64,000 bases of DNA, taken from Cetorhinus maximus (Eukaryota). Positions 12,052-24,295 of the stretch are shown here, piece after piece; positions within the stretch are counted from its first letter, which is position 1, and each line of letters begins with the position of its first letter. Below the pieces are notes generated by a model that made no database searches, had not been told where the DNA came from, and was given only the letters and a program-made list of their open reading frames with translations. A program made the position numbers and the translations under genes. The stretch covers positions 55,428,001 through 55,492,000 of the forward strand of contig NC_135884.1 of NCBI RefSeq assembly GCF_964194155.1, in the 5' to 3' direction.

Positions 12052-13375
12052 GTATAGAATCATTGAATAATACAGCACAGAATGAGGCCATTCAGCCTAT
12101 TGAGTCTGTGCCTCATATTATTTTGGGTTCTTTAGCCAATCATCATAAATCTGCGCTCTCTGGATATTGATCTTTCAGTCACTGGAAACAATTTCTCTTT
12201 ATAAGCTCTATCTAAAGCCTTCATGATTTTAAACATATGAAATCTCCTCTTAGCCTTCTCTGCTCTAAGAAGAACAACCCCAATTTCTCCAGTCTTTCCA
12301 TGCACTGTAATCCCTCATCACTGTAACCATTCCCATAAATCACTTCTGTGCCTCTCCAAGGTCTTCATGGCCCTCCTGAAGTGTGGTGCCTAGAATTGAA
12401 CACAATCCTTCAATTGAGTTGAACTAGAGTTTTATATTGGACCAGCATAACTTCTTGCCTTTTGTACTTTATGCTTCTAGCTATAAAGCCTGCGATTATT
12501 AATTGCTTTGACAACATTTCACGGCAGCTTCAAAGATTTGTGCACAAACGCCCCTCGGTCTCTCTATTCTTGCACACCTTTAAAATTGTACCACTTAGCT
12601 TTTATTATCTCTCCTCATTGTTCCTATCAAATTATATGACTTCACACTTCTCTGCGTTGAATTTCACCTGCCATGTCTCCAACCATTCCACCAGTCTGAC
12701 TGTGTCTTTCTGAAGTCTATTAAGAACATAATAAATAGCAGCAGGAGTAGACTATATGGCCCTTCGATTCTGCTCCACTTTTCAATAAGGCTGAATAATG
12801 CCGATCTCAACCAGCTCCAATTCCCTGCCTGAACCTCATATCCTTTGATTCACTTAGTGTCCAAAAATCTATCAGTCTCGGCATTGAATATGCTCAACAC
12901 CTAAGCATCTACAACCCTCTGGGGTGGAGAGTTCCAAAGATCGACAACCCTCTGACTGAAGAAATTTCTCCTCATTTCAGTCCTATTTGATCTTCAGACT
13001 GCATCCGCTGTGCTAGATTCCCCAGCGAACAAAACAACCTCTCAGCATTTACCCTGTAAAGCTCTCTCAGAAATTTATATGTTTCAATGGGGTTACCTCC
13101 CTTTTGCTAAACTCCACAGCGTATAGGTGCATTTTACTCAATCTCTCGTCATAGGTCAACCCTTTCATCTCAGGAGTCAATCTTGCGAGCATTTGTTGCT
13201 ACTCGGCTAAACGTAAATATATCCTTCCTTTGGTACATAGACCAAAACTGTACACAATGCTCCAGGTGTGCTCTCACCCAAACCCTGTCACAATTGCAAG
13301 GCTTCCTTACTCTTACACTCCAACCTTCTTGCAATAAGATCCAACATACCATTTACCTTCCTGATTATTTGTGCA
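12052..13375 (-). mobile_element. Two adjacent CR1 LINE 3' fragments (about 12052-12720 and 12721-13375)
   Basis: Reverse CR1 tails (ATAGAATCAT..., TAAGAACATA...) and minus-strand RT C-terminal motif VRAHLEHCVQFWS. Confidence 0.8.
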
Positions 13376-13385
13376 GATTCAGGTA

Positions 13386-13510
13386 CTGGTGAAAGGTCAT
13401 TGATCTGAAACGTTATCTCTGTTTCTCTCAATAAATGCTGCCTGACTTGGTGTATTTCCAGCATTTTTTTTTTCAGGTTTCCAACATCTGCAGTAATTTG
13501 CTTTTGTATT
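13386..13510 (+). mobile_element. Isolated PLE 3' terminus with degenerate hammerhead
   Basis: CTGGTGA-A-AGGTC(att)GATCT-GAAACGTT followed by ATGCTGCCTGAC...TTTCCAGCATTTT, the same tail as 62450-62520. Confidence 0.7.
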
Positions 13511-15619
13511 ACTTAAACACGAGTTACCCTTAACAAATCTGTGCTGAGTTCTCTTCAGCAGTTCTCATCTGGAAAATGGAAAAACAACTGTCACTCAAAA
13601 CAAGACTCCAATAACCTGAACGATACTTCAATGTCCAAATAACGAACTTAATTAACAAGTATCATTGGTAGTGTCTTGCAATGAACTAGTAGCACATAAG
13701 TTCAATGAGGTGATGACTTTAACCACAATAGACAAGTCCACCCTGTGCTGAATGTCATCCAAAGGTCATGTTGAGGTATTTGGTATACCTTGGTGACTGC
13801 CTCCCAGCTGAAGTGTAGGCAGTAAAGGAAAGCATGTTTCATACCAAAGTCATTGTGCTTAGGTCATATGATATAATTTCTAGGGTGGTTATTAGGTGCC
13901 TGTCATTTCAGCGCATCACCTGTAAATCCAGGAGAGCTATTGCAAGAGCAACAGAATACCTATGGTGAGCACTGCCTGCAGCTAAAGAACAAACTGGTGG
14001 CGGCAGAAATGATGCTGCGGGTGCTGATTCAACGATAATTGAAATACTTGTAGTTACATGAAAGCTAAAATTATTTCTATAATATATCAGCAATATGTGA
14101 AGACTCTTTAGAATCTCTGCAGGGTCCTGTGAATAAGAAGCTGCAGAAAAACAACACAGTAATACTTTCCTTTTTATTTTAAATTGACTGTTGTCTAATT
14201 AGTTAGATACTATAAATGCACAGAGACCAGGGAAGTGGAATTGGATCTACTGCATACAATATTTTAAGTACAGATATAAGGTGGGTTGAAATGAGCATGA
14301 CAGTTCATTTGATGCAAGATGCCAATCACTACATCAGATGCTAATTCACTTCTGTGCACATTTGCAATTATCATTAATTTTTTGGAGTCGTGGTAAGCTA
14401 TTTTTTAGTGTTCCCCAAATTGACACTGCTAGGAAATAAAATCGCGGACCTGCTCAGTGTGAATTTGGTTCTTGTCAAGTTAAGAGCTGATTCATGGCGG
14501 AACAACAGCTTGGAATAACTCAATTGAATACCTCACCCTGGAGCATAGCGTTGTAGGCTCGGCTATTTGTTATCAAAACATCACACTTGTTTGTACAGGT
14601 CAGCATGAGTTATTAACTGGAGGCATACATCCAAAAGACAAGTAACATTGCTTCTGTCAATGCTCCTGAGCAGCATGTTCTAATCTGAGAACAAATTATT
14701 ACTTCAGTATGGTAGGAATTGAGAATGCAACAATGTATGGCCCAAACAAACAATGTGTATTCGAACTGATTTCTAAATAACAGGGCCTGAAGATTCTTCA
14801 CCAGAAAAATGATTCCGTTGCATAGCTTCAATGGTGTACCTTCTGAAGTCAAAGGTAATGTAGCAAATCTTTAAGTATAGAGTCCCCACAGATCACTGCA
14901 TATGTCTGCTGCTGTGAAGATAGCATATTTCACAGTATGATTTCATTAACATTAGGCTGCATTCTCTTTTCCAATGCATCCAAAGAAAAACTGTTATTTT
15001 TGACAATCAAATTCATGTCTTAAGTTATAAATTGCCTGGTAATTATAAAATATTTACCATTGTGTGGCAGGGCTTAAATGCAATCATAATGTCAAAGATA
15101 ATATAAGATGAGAAAATGTTGAATATTTTGGGTGATCTCCTATCATCTAACTATGTTTTTCTTAAAGTATTTTTTCTCTTTCTGAATGTGGGAGACCCTG
15201 CTCTTACTCCTTGTCAGTATCTAAGAGGAGTAGCTGTTCTTTATTTTTAGATCAACGCATGTTAGGGAGTTACTAAATCAGAGGGCATCATAGCAGAGCC
15301 AAAACATGTTTCTACACAATATCCAAAAATAGAAGCTTTCTAGTATTGATTGCTGGACAGTGATTACACGCTGGAACCCTGTGTGATCTGTTTCCTCTAA
15401 TCCACAAACATTTAAGCCAATTGTAGCACATCACTGCTGCCCCTGGATGAGATCAGTTCACTCAGTATGGTTCAATGATCAAACCTGAAGTCCCCCACTG
15501 GTCTGTTTGATGAAACAATACATTATATGGTACATTTAGTCACTGACTTTCAGCCAGGCTAGAAGGACATTTTATTTATTGAATAGAGCATAAACTATAT
15601 GGACAGTAACTGCATGGAT

Positions 15620-15840
15620 ATGACTAGCAGCTCAGAGGTTGGATTCAAAACTCACCATATCATGAAACTGAATTCAATAAATTTGTGGAACGGTAACAGA
15701 AAATAGTCCTGAAAGCTTCTGGATTTTTGTAATACCATAAACTCTCCACTAGCCTTGCTGAATCTTAATAACCTCAGGGCAACTGGGGAGACGCAATAAA
15801 TATTGGCTCACCAGCATCACCAAAGATCAAATTTTTAAAA
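15620..15840 (+). mobile_element. Old SINE: tRNA-like head plus the 3' tail of the 48480-51880 LINE family
   Basis: GGATTCAAAACTCACCA...TGAATTCAATAAAT head resembles 48520-48580. The tail AGGGCAACTGGGGAGACGCAATAAATATTGGC resembles 51808-51840 and 58835-58870. Confidence 0.5.
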
Positions 15841-15930
15841 AGTTAATATGTCAAAAGCAACACTCACGTGAGGGACTAACTAATTATGTACTACAATCCC
15901 TTTCCGATGGATATAATATGCAGCAGAGAC

Positions 15931-15975
15931 ATAGGGCCCGATTTTAAAATCCATCCAATTTAAAATCAGGCCTAT
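15931..15975. repeat. TIR-only mini-palindrome (Harbinger-like termini)
   Basis: ATAGGGCCCGATTTTAAA-ATCCATCCAA-TTTAAAATCAGGCCTAT. Confidence 0.55.
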
Positions 15976-16139
15976 AACTTCCATCAACTAATTCATAATA
16001 AATATGGCTCCACTTTGCAAAATGATCTAACATAAAGAGGAAAGAAATTTAAAGGGGAATGCTTTTCCTTCAAAGTATTCCTCAGGTTTGTTTGAAAACA
16101 AGTTATGAAAATCCATTTATAAATACTTTTTTTTACTGT

Positions 16140-16800
16140 TGTTATGACAATGCATTATGTAAAATGTTAATTTATAAATAAATTGGCTGGACATATATAT
16201 ATTTTTTTTTAACGGAACACTTTTGAAAAGCAAAGAACTCAGGCCTACAGCAGCTACTAGGTTGCATATGCTAAGGACACAAGCTGCTTTATGGAGGCAC
16301 AGAGTCTATGGAGATCTCAGAGACAGTGGCTAAGGTCGGCTCAGATTGAAACTAGAAAGAGGTCATGTGACTCAGCTCTCGGGTGCAAAAATATACTGGA
16401 TTTGAACTAACAGTGTCAGAGAGAGCCTGTCACAGGGGCAACAGACTTTCTCTCTCTTTCTCTGAAACTTCTCTCATTAAGGCTGAGCTGTTTGTGATTT
16501 GAAATCCCACCGGAAGACTTCATTGTTACAAACTAAGAGTTATTAAAGGGGGATTCTGAGTCACTGTCTCCAAGAGAAAAGAGAATCAAACAACCATGAC
16601 TGCTCCAGTGAGAAACCCAAGTGCCAGCAGCTACTATGGAAAGTGGCCCGTTAGCTGTAAACAAGCATTCAGACAATCTGTGGATATATATTTTTCTGAC
16701 TTTACTTTTTACTTGGCCAAGTTTTAAGATTTGATACTCTTCAGTGTCAACCTTTCATCCCGCTGCACATTGTCAGTTCCTTAGCAAAAATATGATATAG
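16140..16800. mobile_element. Probable partial LTR
   Basis: Starts TGTTATGAC like the other LTRs and contains GGTCATGTGAC. I could not locate the 3' end. Confidence 0.35.
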
Positions 16801-17689
16801 ATGGTTTATTAAACTCTTCAATCATCAGCCCATAATTTGCTGGAGCGGGGAATATTGTACAGTACACCAAAGAAAGAGAGAGGGAAATAGGCTGAATTAG
16901 ATTATAACGGAATAAAAAGGGAAATAAAAAGAGGGAAAGATTGAGAAAAAAAGAGACAGAGAAAGGAACAGTAAGACGTTTAAAATATTAAAAATCTCTA
17001 ACAATTCACTGCCTGTTGGAATGAGACTCCACAGCTTTAATTGTTTGCTTTCTGGAGGCTGCGTTGTTTAGGACGAGCATAAAACTCACTATTAAAAAGA
17101 TGCAAATATGGCAATTTTTAAAAACTCATGGCATTTTCGCAATTTGCGACACTTTGCAAGCCGCAGTATATCCCTTTCGCACCACAAATTGTTGGGTGAT
17201 TTAAATGTTAAAAACTCCCCAGTACTTTGTCAAAAAAAAATTGTCCAATGTACTCATTCATTCTGATTATTAAAACAGCATGTTAAAAGAATTCAGCTAG
17301 GAATATAAACTGTTATTCTATATTGCGACAGGAATGACAAGAGCAAGTTTGTGTGAAATTTGACATCAGCACACACTGTTGTAGCAATGGTGAGTTTTTA
17401 TGTGTAGACATTTTTTTTTTGCCTTGTTAACTGAAAATGTTGCTAACATTGGGAAAGTGCTATTAGGAGTCCTTCTGTATCTGAAGAGTGCTAAAGAAGC
17501 AAATTTATCTGAATATGGCTTCCAAGCAAGTTTGATTTTTAAATTTTGAGTACTGGGTTAAGTTGAATTCCTTGTCACTTTTTTTATCAATGGCTTAATT
17601 TAAAATGACGACAAAACAACATTAAAAATATTGCACTTTTGTGGCTATCCCAGTTGCTCAATATATCAAATGCATTTTTAAAATATGAG

Positions 17690-17990
17690 TGGCACTGAAT
17701 CATGGAGATAAGCAAAATCCCAAGATTGATTCTCACTAATGTCAAGTTAACTGAAGGCAAAAGGGTAATAACAGAAAAATTAACATGGGTCTTATTTTAT
17801 TTGGTTAAAGATACTGGGGGGAGTGCATGGTAGGGACATCTATCCAGGACCTCCCCTCGGAATAGCTATGAAGTGACCATTTGCTGGCTCAAATAGCAAC
17901 AATGACTACAGTCAAAAAGAAAATTGGATATGAAGTGCTTTGGATGAAGATGTGACAAGATGCTATAATTATTGAAAGTTTGTTCTTTCT
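17690..17990 (+). mobile_element. Decayed SINE with L2-like 3' tail
   Basis: Ends GAAGTGCTTTGGATGAAGATGTGACAAGATGCTATAATTATTGAAAGTTTGTTCTTTCTT, an L2/SINE-type tail. Confidence 0.45.
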
Positions 17991-18045
17991 TCTGCTGTGA
18001 AGTGTGGATGGGCAAACAAGATCTGGCTCTGCTGTGATGTGGCCA

Positions 18046-18578
18046 GGGCTGAATTTTGTCAGGGGTGGCGGTGCCTCATCTTGAATTTTTTCATGGTTCT
18101 CCAATTTGATTCTGAGGCCATCAGGCAATTAACTGCCTGGCATCTGTGATCCTATTGCTTTAAGTGTGGAGGCCCTGCCTCCAATTGCTGCCGGCCAATC
18201 GGAGGACTGGTAGCTCTTCAGTCCCAGCAGTGCCATTAGGTGCAGTGGCCATCACTAGAACTACACTCGGCCAGGAGCAGCATTGTACTACAGGGTGCCC
18301 AATTAGGAGGGCACCTCAATGCTCAACCCCGAACCTGCAGAGAGACTGCGATCTTTTCCTGGACTGTTTCCCCACACAGCAAATGGCATTCCGCCAGTTG
18401 TGGTGTGAAAAGGCCCTTAAATGCCCCTTAATTGGTGACTTAATGGCTTGAATTGGCCTCTGGACAAGAAGGCCGACCTTGACCTTCCTCACCGTAGAGT
18501 GAATTGCACAGTGTTGGGAAAGTGACAGGCACTCTACCCCCACTGTCTTCCCTCCCGATTTCTCAGTAAATTCCGCCC
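18046..18578. mobile_element. Harbinger-type MITE
   Basis: TIRs GGGCTGAATTTT / TAAATTCCGCCC; flanks CCA/TCA. Confidence 0.65.
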
Positions 18579-19834
18579 TCATTGTATAAGGTCATACATA
18601 AAGCATGAACATTTCAACAAATCACTGGAATCAGCTGTAACTAATCAGCTTTGTTCATCCATAAAGACACAATCCAAATGAATTAGGTGAGGAAGAAAGT
18701 TTTTGGGCAAATAAAGTGGTGTTTTTTTCTTTGGGGGTGTGGCCTTTGCATCACCAAATCACAGAACTCGAGCTGGACCAGTCAGGTCAGAGTTGGGCTG
18801 GTGGATGCGGAGGCTCCGTGCGCCCAGCCAGGGCCCTGCCCAATTCTTCAGAATGATCCAGATTATTCTCCCCATCTTAACAACTGCCACACTTTATCTG
18901 CAAACTGCACTTTATCTGTAAAAGAGCTGCATATGGCCCACAAGTTGCGGTCTGACCATCCCTAACATATATTTTTCAGGAGTTGGACACTCTCCACTAT
19001 TCCTAGAATAAATGTTGCATCCAGCAAATTTAGAGACAATATCGTATCTAGTATAGGTCTAGCCATATAACAAACACTATGAGTACAGCATTAGAACAAA
19101 ATTGTTAGACTCCAGTTTTTCTCGTCCACCAGCACATCAACCTGGAAAGGCAGGTTTGCTGTAATAAATATAAATATTCTAAGAGGCTTTAAAATTTAGA
19201 TTGAATATTGATTGATATAGAAGGATGATACCATCAGAATAGACAGCAGCAATGAATTTACTATTTGTAGCTTTGCATCTGTATGAAGTATTCCCCAGGC
19301 ACCAGCTACTGAGACTGCAATCCATGAGAATACACTTGACGTATCTTTATTGCCTATATGCAGATGTTATTTAGGAAAATGCATGATGTAAGAAATGCAT
19401 TTTAAAATGCATGCTTTATGACTCTGAATCTCAACTACTTTTCTTTCCTTTGTTGCCTGATTTATACAGCCATCTAATCACAAAAGCAACTTGTAACAAA
19501 ACATTAAGCATTTATTTCCTATTTGGCTGAGGGAATATACCACTTTTATCAAAGACTGATAACATTGTACCAAAACTAATTTAGATATCTTTGATCTTGG
19601 GATCCACTGCACAGAATAGCGCATTTGGAATTAGCTTAGTATATCGTCATAGGTTCTGACAGAAAAGCAATTTTTAGTAAAGGCAGGGGGAGGACTTAAG
19701 TACTGTGGTTGTTAAAGATAGAGGCACGTGGAATAGGATACACGCTTGGTTTGAGATTGGCAAGATAATGTAATAGTAAGCAATGAGGAAAGGGTCAAAC
19801 AGATAACTTTCATTAATAGATGAGTATTGATGAA

Positions 19835-20126
19835 AAAAAAACGTATTGTTTTGCCTTGCACTCATCAGGATAGATGCAAGAATGCAAAAATTCAAAGAGT
19901 GCAACAATTTATACTGCATGAGAAAGTTGACTGATCGGTCCTAGCATTGCCATGGCAAATGCACCAGGAAGCTATTGTCCTCCATGATTTTGTTTAATCC
20001 AAAAGAAGCGCAATGCCTGGACATGTTCAGGGACTTGCAGTATTGCTTATTTAGGCTTGCTAGAAGCTACATATATTAAACACAGGGACCTGTCATCTGC
20101 AAGAAGAAAGAACATGAAAGAACATG
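19835..20126 (-). mobile_element. Short PLE of a second family with an inverted 5' segment and a destroyed hammerhead
   Basis: Minus strand 20028->19835 reads EHVQALRFF..., then UTR, then CCTGATGAGTGCAAGGCAAAAC. Plus strand 20029-20126 reads LLEATYI.../QGPVICKKKEH, the immediately upstream GIY-YIG C-terminal segment. Confidence 0.65.
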
Positions 20127-21427
20127 ATTTGCGGCATACGCAAATCCCAACTAGTAGACGTTACAGAGAAAAGGTAGCTTCTACTTTCATATAAAATCTA
20201 AAGACCTTCCATATGTCAATTATATGAGTGAATTCATATATAAAATCAACCTTGTCCGATATATATCGCTGTTAAAATGAAAGACAATTCCATTGGGGGG
20301 GCCAAATTCGATAACAACAGAAAATGAGGGTAGGGATTGCAATATTTGATTAACCTGCACTTGTTGACTACAACCTTGCTGTTTTAATTGATTGCAGCAG
20401 ACGGCCAGTGCTAACCATACTACTGATTAGCTGGACACCTAAGCAGCGGGACAATTGTGTGAGAGGCTAGCACCAGTTAAAGCTAACATGAACTATTTAA
20501 AGTTTGTCTGGACCCCCTAAAGGAAGCAAGCCCTGAGAACCAGAGATAGTGTTGCAACCTCTTCAATGATCTGGCATGGGTGATCAAGGTCAGTAAACAC
20601 ATGCTCAAATTCCATATCATACCAACTACACTACTAACCTCACACATTGCTGAATTCTTCAAACAGCCATCATTCACCAATCAATGATCTCTATCAGTCA
20701 TGACTCATGCCTAACATTTATATGCTCCAGCACACCCTTACATACATAGCACTGTTGTAAGCCTCATACACGTATCTCTCGGCTTACGCACACTGCCAGC
20801 TATTCAACGATAACAGCCAAACAGATTGCAATGCACTTGCTGACATACTTTCCTCTGCCTTACATGACAAGGTGGTACAAAACGAGACGCAGCAGGAGCT
20901 ACCTGAAGGGGGGCAGGCACACCTCATGTACTCACCCCCATGGATGAGAGGTTGGCGGCCAGTGTTGGAACGCATACTGAGGCCATGGCCAGGAGAGGAG
21001 CTGATGCTATTACAGTATCCTCATACTGAATCCTTATGTCACATCCCACCTCTCCATCATTCCACACTATTCTGATTTACAAGATACACAATGGTGGAAT
21101 CATGCAACATTTACTATCTCCCCACCCCCCCACCCTACAGCCCTTCCCCACCCACCACCCTCCCCCCCACTACACACTTTCCCACACCACAAGCTTACCC
21201 CCATGCCTTTCTCCTTTCAGATATGGAAGAAGTGAAAGCTGGCCAGACACTGGAGGAACAGCAAGAAGATGGTGATGGTGAAGATGCACTGTTACTCGAT
21301 TTCACACTCAAAGCTGCCAGCTGAGATCCTAGCACTGTGTGTAATTTAGAGGATAGCACAGAGATGGGATCTGTATGAGCTGAGGCACTGGGCACAAATG
21401 GCCTGCAATCAGAGCAAAGGCAAAGGT

Positions 21428-22571
21428 CTTCTTCTTCTTATCATGTCCATGGACAGTCTATACATGGCTCAGCCAGAACTGGACACATTTTTGCGCCTTG
21501 TTGTTGAATTCAGCAAGATCTGCAACAGTGCAGGGTTCCTCTAGCGATAGGCATTGCAGGAGATGTTGCATAGTCTGTGGCTCAGTTCCACATTCACAAG
21601 TTGTCGGGCTGGTTGTATATCCCCATTTGCTTAGTGATACTTTTGAATGACCTACATCAGTCCTAAGTCTGTTAAGGCACTTCCAGGTTGCCCAGTTGCA
21701 ATTAGCTCCTGGGGGAAGGCTTTCATCCAGTAGAATTTCCATCGCTGGGGGCTGTTGGAGACTGGTGAGCCGGTCTTTCCACAAGGTGATGCGGGCTTCA
21801 GATGGGGTTGATTGTAATGGAACAACACTGTTCAATGAAGCTCTTCCTTGACTTTAGGCGGCTGGGTGTAGGTGTATGACCATGTAGAGGGTGCCTCTCA
21901 TCTGATGTTTGACGGAGTCGCTCTTTCTTGCTGGCTACCGTTCTTCTTATATCGGGGGAGTGATACCCACCAGGATATATAGGCTGTTGGTGTTTGTTGG
22001 TTTTAAACAACCTGTGATAAGTCGGCATCTTGCATTCAGAATGGCATCCATCTTCTTAGCATGAGTAGATCTTTCCCATGCAGGGCAGGCGTATTCGGCA
22101 GTGGAATAGCAAAGAGCAAGTGCACTGGTTCGCAATGTTTTCGAGCTTGCTCCCCATTTTGTGTTAGTGAGTTTATTCAGGATGTTGTTTCGTATGCTCA
22201 CTTTTGCCTTTGTCTTTTTGATGTGGTTCTTGAAGGTGAGGCATCTGTCAATGGTGACTCCTAAGTAGATAGGGTGCTCACAATGCGTCAGTGTTGCTCC
22301 ACAACAGGTTACTTTAAGCTGGCGTTTGGCTTCACGGTTTCTGAGGTGGAATGTACAAACTTGTGTCTTTGATGGGTTTGCGCGAAGGTGATTTTCTTCA
22401 TAGTAGGATGTTAGTCCCTCCAAGGCCTCAGAAAGCTTTTTCTCCACGGTGTTAAAATCAGTGCTTTGGGCAGTGACACATAAGTCATCAGCATATATAA
22501 AACGGCGTGTGACACCGTCTATAGGTTGGTCATTCATGTAGATGTTGTACAGTAGCGGTGCAAGCACGCAA
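21428..22571 (-). mobile_element. 5'-truncated Vingi/Ingi-like LINE with TSD
   Basis: RT VLAPLLYNIYMNDQP...FIYADDL...LRANPSKTQVCTFHLRNREAKRQLKV, continuing through two frameshifts to a C-terminal CECG..QTMQHLLQC. It has an (AAG)n tail. The 15-bp TSD is AGCAAAGGCAAAGGT (21413-21427) / AGCCAAGGCAAAGGT (22572-22586). Confidence 0.85.
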
Positions 22572-22812
22572 AGCCAAGGCAAAGGTAGGGAGATTGCACA
22601 ACAATTTTGCTGAAGAGGACTCAGACAACAACTTCAATGGAGCCCACAGAAGAACAGATTAATATTCATAAGAAACTACTTGGTGCATTTGGATGTCTGT
22701 TAGAAAGCAAACATTCAATGTCAAGGACCATAAAAGAGTCCAACACCAACTTGGCACAGGACTTTGTACAGAACTCGGACCCTATACTTTGCAGCAACCA
22801 TAATGTAGCTTT

Positions 22813-22905
22813 TAGCTCTGAAGAAGAGTCATATGGACTCAAAACGTTAACTATGATTTTGTCTCCACAGATACTGCCCGATCTGAGTTTTTCCATCATT
22901 TTTAT
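22813..22905 (+). mobile_element. Isolated PLE 3' terminus with hammerhead motif (G12->A)
   Basis: TAGCT-CTGAAGA-A-GAGTC(atatg)GACTC-AAAAC-GTT-AACTA followed by TCTCCACAGATACTGCC... Confidence 0.75.
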
Positions 22906-23134
22906 ACCATAATGCAGCATTTGATGGCTAATTCTGCTTCCACCAGAAGCTCAGATTGCTGCCTTCATGGCTGTGAATCATAGTGCGCTTAGTGGCTTGC
23001 AGGGTGTCACAGCAGTCCAGCAATCTGTCCTCTACCAGATTACTAGGATTGCTGAAGCACCGTCTTAGTGGCAGGGGACTGACAGTGGCTCCATAGAGCA
23101 TAGATTTGCTGTCCTCCCTCAGGAAGACAGCATT

Positions 23135-24295
23135 CATCCTTCCACTCCCAACCAGTTTTTATCCGCCATACTCTCCGATGCCTCGCATAATGGTGATCTT
23201 GGCATCAAGATCAGATACCACATGATGGGAAACTGCTCAGTCTGAGACAACTCCAGGCAAAGACCGAGGTCCCCAAGGACTTGACAATTTCTTGTTTGCT
23301 GATGACTGTGCACTAACTGCCGGTTCAGAGCTGGATATGCAATGTAGCATGGACTTGTTCTCCAATACATGTAACAACTTTGGCCTTACGATCAGCATGA
23401 AGAAAACTGAAGTAATGTACCTGCCTGCTCCTGGAAAGCCCTATCGCGAGCCCGAAGTTTCAATCCATGACCAGAACCTGTCAGTAGTGGATTATATCTC
23501 TTATCTTGGCAGCACACTCTCTTCAGCTGTCTATATTAATGATGAAACACATGCAAGAATTGCCAAAGCAAGAGCAGCCTTTGGCAGACCTCAAACATCA
23601 GTCTGGCAGCAAAGAGGAGCAAGGCTGCCTACCAAACTGAAAGTCTATAGAGCAATAGTCCTGCCCACTCTTGCTCTAGGCATGCAAAACTTAGACTGTG
23701 TACCAGTGGCATGCCAAGAAGCCCAACCACTTTCACTTGTGATGCCTTTGGAAGCTTCTGAAGTTCAGGTGGCAGGACAAAATACCAGACACTGAGGTGC
23801 TCAGCTGAGCTGGCGTGCCAAGCATCCACACCATATTGAGATGCTCACAACTGAGTTGGGCTGGTCATTTTCCAGAATCCCTGACATTCACTTATCAAAG
23901 CAAATCTTCAGTGGAGAGCTTGAGCCTGGGGTGCGCTCTCATGGCAAAGGAAGTGTTACAAGGACACTCTAAAGGCTTCACTTAGGAGTTTTGATATCAA
24001 CTTCGACTTCTGGATGAAGTTTGCCCAGGGTCGTTGGAGATGGTGCAACCAAATAAAAAATGTTGCAGCCTCCTTCAAAAGCAGTGTATATCAGAGACAG
24101 AGAGAAAACACAAGGAGAGGAAATCTCAAGCCAGCAATTCATCAAAAAAACTCAATCGTCTGTGGTATATTGTTTTTTGCAGCAGAGCCTTCCAGGCATC
24201 GATCAGCCTTAACAGTCACCAACGTACCCACTGGAACTCCATTAAACACCCCAGATGATGAACATGCTCATCTTCGCCTTTAAGGATGAACAAGA
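23135..24295 (+). mobile_element. 5'-truncated RTE (BovB/AviRTE-like) LINE
   Basis: LFADDCALTAGSELDMQCSMDLFSNTCNNFGLTISMKKTEVMYLPAPGKPY...YLGSTLS...RIAKARAAFGR...TKLKVYRAIVLPTL; decayed C2H2-like C-terminus. Confidence 0.85.

Noticed and set aside
14835-14875. Minus-strand 'TSEG|gt' resembling the end of the next FN3 exon (TPEG)
   Set aside because: An in-frame stop lies 10 codons upstream, and there is no FN3 similarity.
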